A stretch of 64,000 nucleotides of DNA. Source: Sporopachydermia quercuum (taxonomy: Eukaryota). This document shows, piece by piece, positions 58,545 to 64,000 of this stretch. The stretch lies in contig BCGN01000007.1 of NCBI GenBank assembly GCA_001599295.1, forward strand, positions 74,433 through 138,432, read 5' to 3'. Each line of letters opens with the position of its first letter. Position 1 is the stretch's first letter. The notes beneath the pieces are model-generated. The model had not been told where the DNA came from. It saw only the letters and a list, made by a program, of their open reading frames with translations, and did not search any database. The position numbers and the translations under genes were made by a program.

Positions 58545-61500
58545 TCAAGTAGTTATCCCGCTNGAAGTAACAGCAGCTTGAACTGATGTTAGCTTATTAG
58601 CGAAAAACACTTGCATTCTTTCATTTCCTAACATTACAGTAACTAACCATGATCTAACCAAACTCTTTCCTTGATCTAATAAATCATCAGCCCACTGAGG
58701 TTCGGCATTAAAATACATCAACAACATAGAAACAATGACTGCTATTAATACAGGTATCCAAAAGAATATCAACATACGATCAGTATCGACTCTCTTAACT
58801 GGCCTGAATGTTTCAATAGTTCTACCTGTACCCAACTTCTGCTTGTTGTCATCTCTATTTGGACCGGTAAATTGGTCATCAACGTTTACTTCTACCGATT
58901 CCCTTATATCATAATCAACGTTGTCTCCTTCCTCTTCCTCCTTTACAGCTTCAAGAGACAGCTTCTTATCAGTNAAGAACATCTGTTTACCATTAGGAAA
59001 CAAATCATCATAAGTCGGTAAGCTGAATTCTGTTTCATCAGCTTTGAATTGCATCCAAGCTTTAGAAACGCTATCCTTGACACTATTAGTAAGAGTACTG
59101 CTCCTATTTTTCCATGTTTGTAGAAGATTCTTATGAGAGGAGTCCAAAAATTCGTTAGAATGATTAATTCTGAAACTTGGGCCAGGTGATTCTTTATCGC
59201 TAAGATCTCCAGAGTCAGGTTCATAATCAGAATCAAAATCAGACCCTAAGTCAGACCCAAAGTCAGATTTATTGATTTCCACTTGCATGTCAACCAGATT
59301 ACGTAATCGACGTCTTCTTCTAACTCCCAAAACTAATGCCTCATCTGCTTCTTCTTCATCATCAGCTTCATTAGCAGTTCCACTCAAATTCTCATTCCAT
59401 GACTCGTCATCATCAGTGTTATTCAAATCTTCTTCATCTCCATCACAGCTATCGTGCACCATTCTAGAGATATGTCTATAGGAATCTCCATATACAGACA
59501 AAAGTGAAGAAATGGAACTGGAGCTCGAACCATTGACATTGACACTACGTAAATTAGCCATATAACTACGGTGATCTGCTTCATAAGGTAGAAGGTCCAA
59601 AACATTGGAATCAGCAATATCCATCACTGTCATATCGCTAATCTTCGTTTTCATGAAAGGATCTGCTCTGCAATGAAGTAGCAATTCCATACAAGCCCTT
59701 TGTCCATTCAGGGCAGCAAAATGCAATGGTGTCAATCCATTCAGATCAGTCATATCAACTTTTGCTCCACGGGAAATCAATGCAGCGATCATTCGTTTAT
59801 ACCCTAAGATAGCTGCAACATGCATCATTGATTGTCCTTGTCTATTGCATAATTGCCAGTTGGGAACCGTGCGTGGCATCTGGACATCAACAAGTTCCAT
59901 AATCTTCAACAACGCATCTTCCTGTTCACTTAGTCCTCCGTCACTATCAAAATCGCTTTCATCGCCATCTGATAGTAAATGGTGGTTTGCATGTGAGTAG
60001 GCATATGAGTGTGATTGAGATTGGGAATGGGAATTGGAATGAGAGTTCGAACGTGAGATATTTCCATCATTACCAATAAACCCATTGGCTCCGGTACCAT
60101 TAAAGATCGTAGATTCATCAGAATTTGATGCTCCATTGCCAATAATCCGCCGGGCAATATTCTTAGCGTCTTCTAATCTACCATTCATTTTCAGTCCAAC
60201 AATCTGTAATGCTAGTTCTACCAATTGTCTGTCTGAATCATCAACATATGTGAATACTTGTGGAGCAGGAGAATTAACACCTTCAAACGTAACCAGCACT
60301 TGACCTGGTTGAGAAGCTGGTGGCAGGTATGTGACAATGGTTGATTCTGACCAGCAGTTAGTGGTTAATGATCTATGCTCACCGAACATCACTGTTAGTC
60401 CTGGATGGAAATTAGTACCTAACAGTGTGATTTCTACGCCGCCCCGGACAGGTCCTTGCGCAGGGATGATTCTTTGGACAATAGGAACATTAGGATCAAT
60501 AGGAAGCATATTAGCAGCGTTCATAGCAGTAGCAGCAGCAGCCGATGATGCTATTGATGTACTAGAAGGCAACTGGGATGAAAATGATGACGGCACTAAC
60601 GGCATAGTTAGAGGTGAATTTCCAGTACCTGATTCACGTCTAGAAGAAGCAGATGATCCACCAAAACTATTTCTATTACCATTGCCCTTACCATTACAAT
60701 TATTGTTACTACCAACTGGCCTTGAATCGGATAATGGTGATAACGGATCTAGTATTCTACCATTATTTAGCAGAACACCAGAATGTGGTGATGTACCTGA
60801 AGGTTTCATATTAGGAAGCAAGTTGAAAGATACAGGCGGTGGTCCTTGTGAAGGCAGTGTTATTGATCTCCTATTGGGAATAATACCTAAACCATTATTG
60901 TCAGACGTATAAGCTGATGAAGGACTCCAATTAGATCTTCGTTTCTTACTTGCATGACTTGTCGTTGAGAAATCTGTTGATAGAAACTCTGAAGATGAAT
61001 CTTCTATAGATGCTGGTGATGGTGGTGTTATACGTGAACTAGTTGATTCTACTCCGATAGTACTAACACCATTTTCGTCAGGCCCAGTTCCTTTCTTTTT
61101 ATCCATAATCATAATAGGAGTAGAAAAGCTCATTGCTACCACTTCTCCGGAATGATCCTTCACTACAAACAAGATCCTGAATCCTTTTTCTTCATCNTGA
61201 TGCCTGCAATAACAAACTAGTCTTGTAGGTACTTCTATAGTCTTCCCTGGATCATTTTCATCAATAAACGTTTGAGGAGGTGGAAACGACATAACCTCTT
61301 TACAATTAAAGATGATTGCTCTTCGGGGAACTGATTCTTTCCATGGAATTTCATCGGAGTTTGCTGAATAATTCTTCTTTCTCGAGGCTCTTTTCTGTTC
61401 TCTTTTAACGCATCTGGGGCATATATGAAGTGATTTCAAGGGGGTTTTAGTTCCCACGACAAAAGTCTCAAGCATTAAAGTGTTTTTCGTCGGTTCGAAC

Positions 61501-62372
61501 GCTGACGATAATTGGAATTTGGCCTTTGGAATGGTGTCACTAGGGAAGTGAATGAGAAACTCCGAAGGTGAAGGTGAAAAGTTGAGCTTGAGCTTTATTT
61601 GAGTCTCAACCCTTGACCGTAAAGGCACATCTAGAACTGAGAGTTTATATTTGAATTTCCTTTGGTCAATTTCATTAGATAATGATGAATATTCAGTAGG
61701 GATTAAATATGGTGGGCCAGTTAAAGGTCCTAAACCTGAGTTGGAATTAGGAGATTCTTCTTTCACTTTAGCATTATCAGAAGAGTAGGAACTGGGTTTC
61801 CTACCGAATTTCAAGACCGCTAATTCTTTTCTTGCTGCCTCGAATTGATCGTGCTCGATAGTGTTCAGACTAAAGCCTGACATATTATAAGCCGTAGGAC
61901 TTAAATCTACAGGACCAGATTCAGGGTCAGCAGGTAAAGGATGAACGAACTCATTTAGAATAGCATCTCTCTGTTGATTTTGGTCATATAAGGTATATTC
62001 TGAAGAGTCCATATTTATTAGACTGTCAGGATCAAACTCTGGGACACTATTTATATTTCCATTAGGAATTCCATTGGATAAGCTGCTGTGAATATCATTT
62101 GATAGGCCATTGGCAATATCATTAGAAATACCATCAGAAAACCTAGTGACATTCGATTGTAGAGAATTCTGATCGGTGTTGGTATTATAAATAGATGACA
62201 TATGTCTAAACCGGGGATTGTTGAGTTGATTCATATCATTGTTCATTAGACCGGACTGCAGAATATTGCTTAATTCTGAATCCTGGTTTTCAATTGCGTC
62301 TGGNGCCAGGAATGGTTCCCAATCTTTAGGTGGTCGACCATCATTGGTAAATTCAGAAGCTTGAGGGTCCAT
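58545..62372 (-). CDS. MGA2: ER-membrane-anchored transcription factor Mga2/Spt23 (DNA-binding domain, IPT, ankyrin repeats, C-terminal TM)
   Basis: RSRVETQIKL, CPRCVKREQKRASRKK, RLVCYCRH and PIMIMDKK in the N-terminal domain; IPT (IIPAQGPVRGGVEITLLG, WSESTIVTYLPPA); ankyrin (GLTPLHFAA); TM region DRMLIFFWIPVL. Confidence 0.95.
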   Translation of the reverse strand: MDPQASEFTNDGRPPKDWEPFLXPDAIENQDSELSNILQSGLMNNDMNQLNNPRFRHMSSIYNTNTDQNSLQSNVTRFSDGISNDIANGLSNDIHSSLSNGIPNGNINSVPEFDPDSLINMDSSEYTLYDQNQQRDAILNEFVHPLPADPESGPVDLSPTAYNMSGFSLNTIEHDQFEAARKELAVLKFGRKPSSYSSDNAKVKEESPNSNSGLGPLTGPPYLIPTEYSSLSNEIDQRKFKYKLSVLDVPLRSRVETQIKLKLNFSPSPSEFLIHFPSDTIPKAKFQLSSAFEPTKNTLMLETFVVGTKTPLKSLHICPRCVKREQKRASRKKNYSANSDEIPWKESVPRRAIIFNCKEVMSFPPPQTFIDENDPGKTIEVPTRLVCYCRHXDEEKGFRILFVVKDHSGEVVAMSFSTPIMIMDKKKGTGPDENGVSTIGVESTSSRITPPSPASIEDSSSEFLSTDFSTTSHASKKRRSNWSPSSAYTSDNNGLGIIPNRRSITLPSQGPPPVSFNLLPNMKPSGTSPHSGVLLNNGRILDPLSPLSDSRPVGSNNNCNGKGNGNRNSFGGSSASSRRESGTGNSPLTMPLVPSSFSSQLPSSTSIASSAAAATAMNAANMLPIDPNVPIVQRIIPAQGPVRGGVEITLLGTNFHPGLTVMFGEHRSLTTNCWSESTIVTYLPPASQPGQVLVTFEGVNSPAPQVFTYVDDSDRQLVELALQIVGLKMNGRLEDAKNIARRIIGNGASNSDESTIFNGTGANGFIGNDGNISRSNSHSNSHSQSQSHSYAYSHANHHLLSDGDESDFDSDGGLSEQEDALLKIMELVDVQMPRTVPNWQLCNRQGQSMMHVAAILGYKRMIAALISRGAKVDMTDLNGLTPLHFAALNGQRACMELLLHCRADPFMKTKISDMTVMDIADSNVLDLLPYEADHRSYMANLRSVNVNGSSSSSISSLLSVYGDSYRHISRMVHDSCDGDEEDLNNTDDDESWNENLSGTANEADDEEEADEALVLGVRRRRRLRNLVDMQVEINKSDFGSDLGSDFDSDYEPDSGDLSDKESPGPSFRINHSNEFLDSSHKNLLQTWKNRSSTLTNSVKDSVSKAWMQFKADETEFSLPTYDDLFPNGKQMFXTDKKLSLEAVKEEEEGDNVDYDIRESVEVNVDDQFTGPNRDDNKQKLGTGRTIETFRPVKRVDTDRMLIFFWIPVLIAVIVSMLLMYFNAEPQWADDLLDQGKSLVRSWLVTVMLGNERMQVFFANKLTSVQAAVTXSGITT

Positions 62373-64000
62373 AATTTCGGTGATCCTATAATACTATATA
62401 GGCAATAATGCTATTTTTGTATATGGTAAATAAGTGTTGTCTTGGTGTTGTACTATATAATTTGATATGCTGTGAATCACTTATAAACTTCGTTGGCTGC
62501 TCTATTTCGGTTCCAATGATGTAGTATGTTGTAAAGTTCTCGTTCTCTTCTGACTCGTATTTATAACATAATCGAGTTTTAACAAACAAAGGTCTGTTCA
62601 ACCAACCGTTTACTAGTCTAACAGCCTATGAATGATTAAGAACAAGCAGGAGGTACAGAGGTAGTAAGTATCAAATAAAACCAAGTTGAATCGAAAACTG
62701 TTTGAAAACTCGTTTTGAATGCTATACAGCATTAATAGTAAATACTCTTGATAACACTCTTAAAACAGAGTCAAAATGAGTTTCAAGTTTTACGACCTGT
62801 TTCTTGCCGCTTTGCTTATATTGTCGTTGCAGTTGTCGTTTCTGTCAGTGGCTACAATATGATTGATTGATTGACGATTCAAATGAATACGTATCCATAC
62901 AATAACATAGCCTTGGCAGCGTGTGAATTTTATATTATGAATCTTGTAAGAATCTGCATTTTCATTTACACGTATTGTTATTGAAATACAGTTATGTTTT
63001 CCATTGTCTTAATACAAATTAGTATCTTATTATCGGGTAGATGCTATCAATAATTGCACAACTTCAATTTTAAGGGAAATTTTTGTTTGGAACCAACAAA
63101 ATGAGTGGCATAGACCCTAAATTAGTGATCGCACTTGGAATATATTATGCGGAGGGTCTGAAGAGAGGGGTCTATTAGGAGGGGTATGCAAGTTATATTA
63201 CATGGCTAGGTGAGTTATATGCATATGTTGCAGATGGCGCAGATGGTTGTTCACAGTAAGCTTTTTGAAATGGTACGAGGGAGATGCTACGAGATAAAAT
63301 ATGGAAAAGTAATGGAATACATGCTGGAGGGTAGAGAGAAAAGAGTAGTATTGCATTTGGCCGTTGTGGTCTAATGCAGGCAATATGTACTCTTTTGATT
63401 GCTGTAGTTGACTGTCTAACAGGAAGTGCTCATGAATTATTAGCTTACATAATCACCTATTAATGAATGGATAAGGTAAAGGGTCTAGAGATCAATGCAA
63501 TTAAACCACCAGGACAATGAGGATTAAACCCGGCAGTCAAATATTGAAATNACAGGATGCCTTTAGTTAAAAATCAAAATTTCAACAGAGTTTCAACTAG
63601 ACCACAGTTTTGATGGAGTCTGAGCTTTCTTAGAGAAAAATGAACATCAGTCGAAAATGATGAGTCTTCTCAACAAACTTATCGCTATGCCTGTGGCGTT
63701 CAGTAGAATCAAGACCTTCATGCAAAATCTGCACTGATATTAGGTGTTTACTTTCAAATATACCGATCAGAATCTGAGGCTGAACTGTGGATAGCCCCGA
63801 TACAGCGTTAGCGATGTCTTCCCCGTAAGTTCAATTCAGTCTCCTTTTTAGACATGCTTTCTCTTACAATTGTTTCCTTATAATTTGATTACCCAACAAG
63901 ATTTTACACCCATCCCTATAGCCATCGGAGTTAATGATTACGTAATGAAACTTATATCAATACCATTCACATTCCAGTATAGAGCGTTCAGTAGATAACA

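Noticed and set aside
60331..60912. 193-aa antisense ORF within MGA2, and similar antisense ORFs in PIF1, DUG2 and RKR1
   Set aside because: Shadow ORFs on the opposite strand of well-supported genes.
63655..63742. ATGATGA...CTGA, a C/D snoRNA-like segment
   Set aside because: No convincing terminal stem; the putative guide has only a short, mismatched complementarity to rRNA.

Overview
AT-rich, intron-containing fungal nuclear DNA from a budding yeast (Saccharomycotina). It is probably an early-diverging lineage: it keeps eIF3e/INT6, has several introns per gene, and reads CTG as Leu at conserved positions. About 21 protein-coding genes are supported: MRPL8, INT6, POL32, a pirin, a small basic protein, S-formylglutathione hydrolase, SAF1, a sugar O-acetyltransferase, DUG2, a DNA-binding-domain-only Spt23/Mga2 paralogue, BUD16, SEC39, a PIF1-family helicase, OGG1, MRPL4, LSM3, NTE1, RKR1, SPE2, HSH49 and full-length MGA2/SPT23. 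I resolved exon structures by hand for six of them. I recognised no rRNA, tRNA, CRISPR array or intact transposon. The most interesting observations are: (1) a weak-context uORF ending in ...RPSKPG-stop, preceded by a hairpin, in the SAM-decarboxylase (SPE2) leader, a candidate polyamine-sensing element; (2) a soluble Spt23/Mga2-family factor lacking IPT, ankyrin and transmembrane regions and carrying the filamentous-fungal-type TDDHK motif, 34 kb from the canonical gene; (3) an AUG-less, mitochondrial-presequence-like upstream extension of PIF1; (4) sharp GC/CGG-rich islands inside long genes. All family calls come from motif recognition, not database searches.
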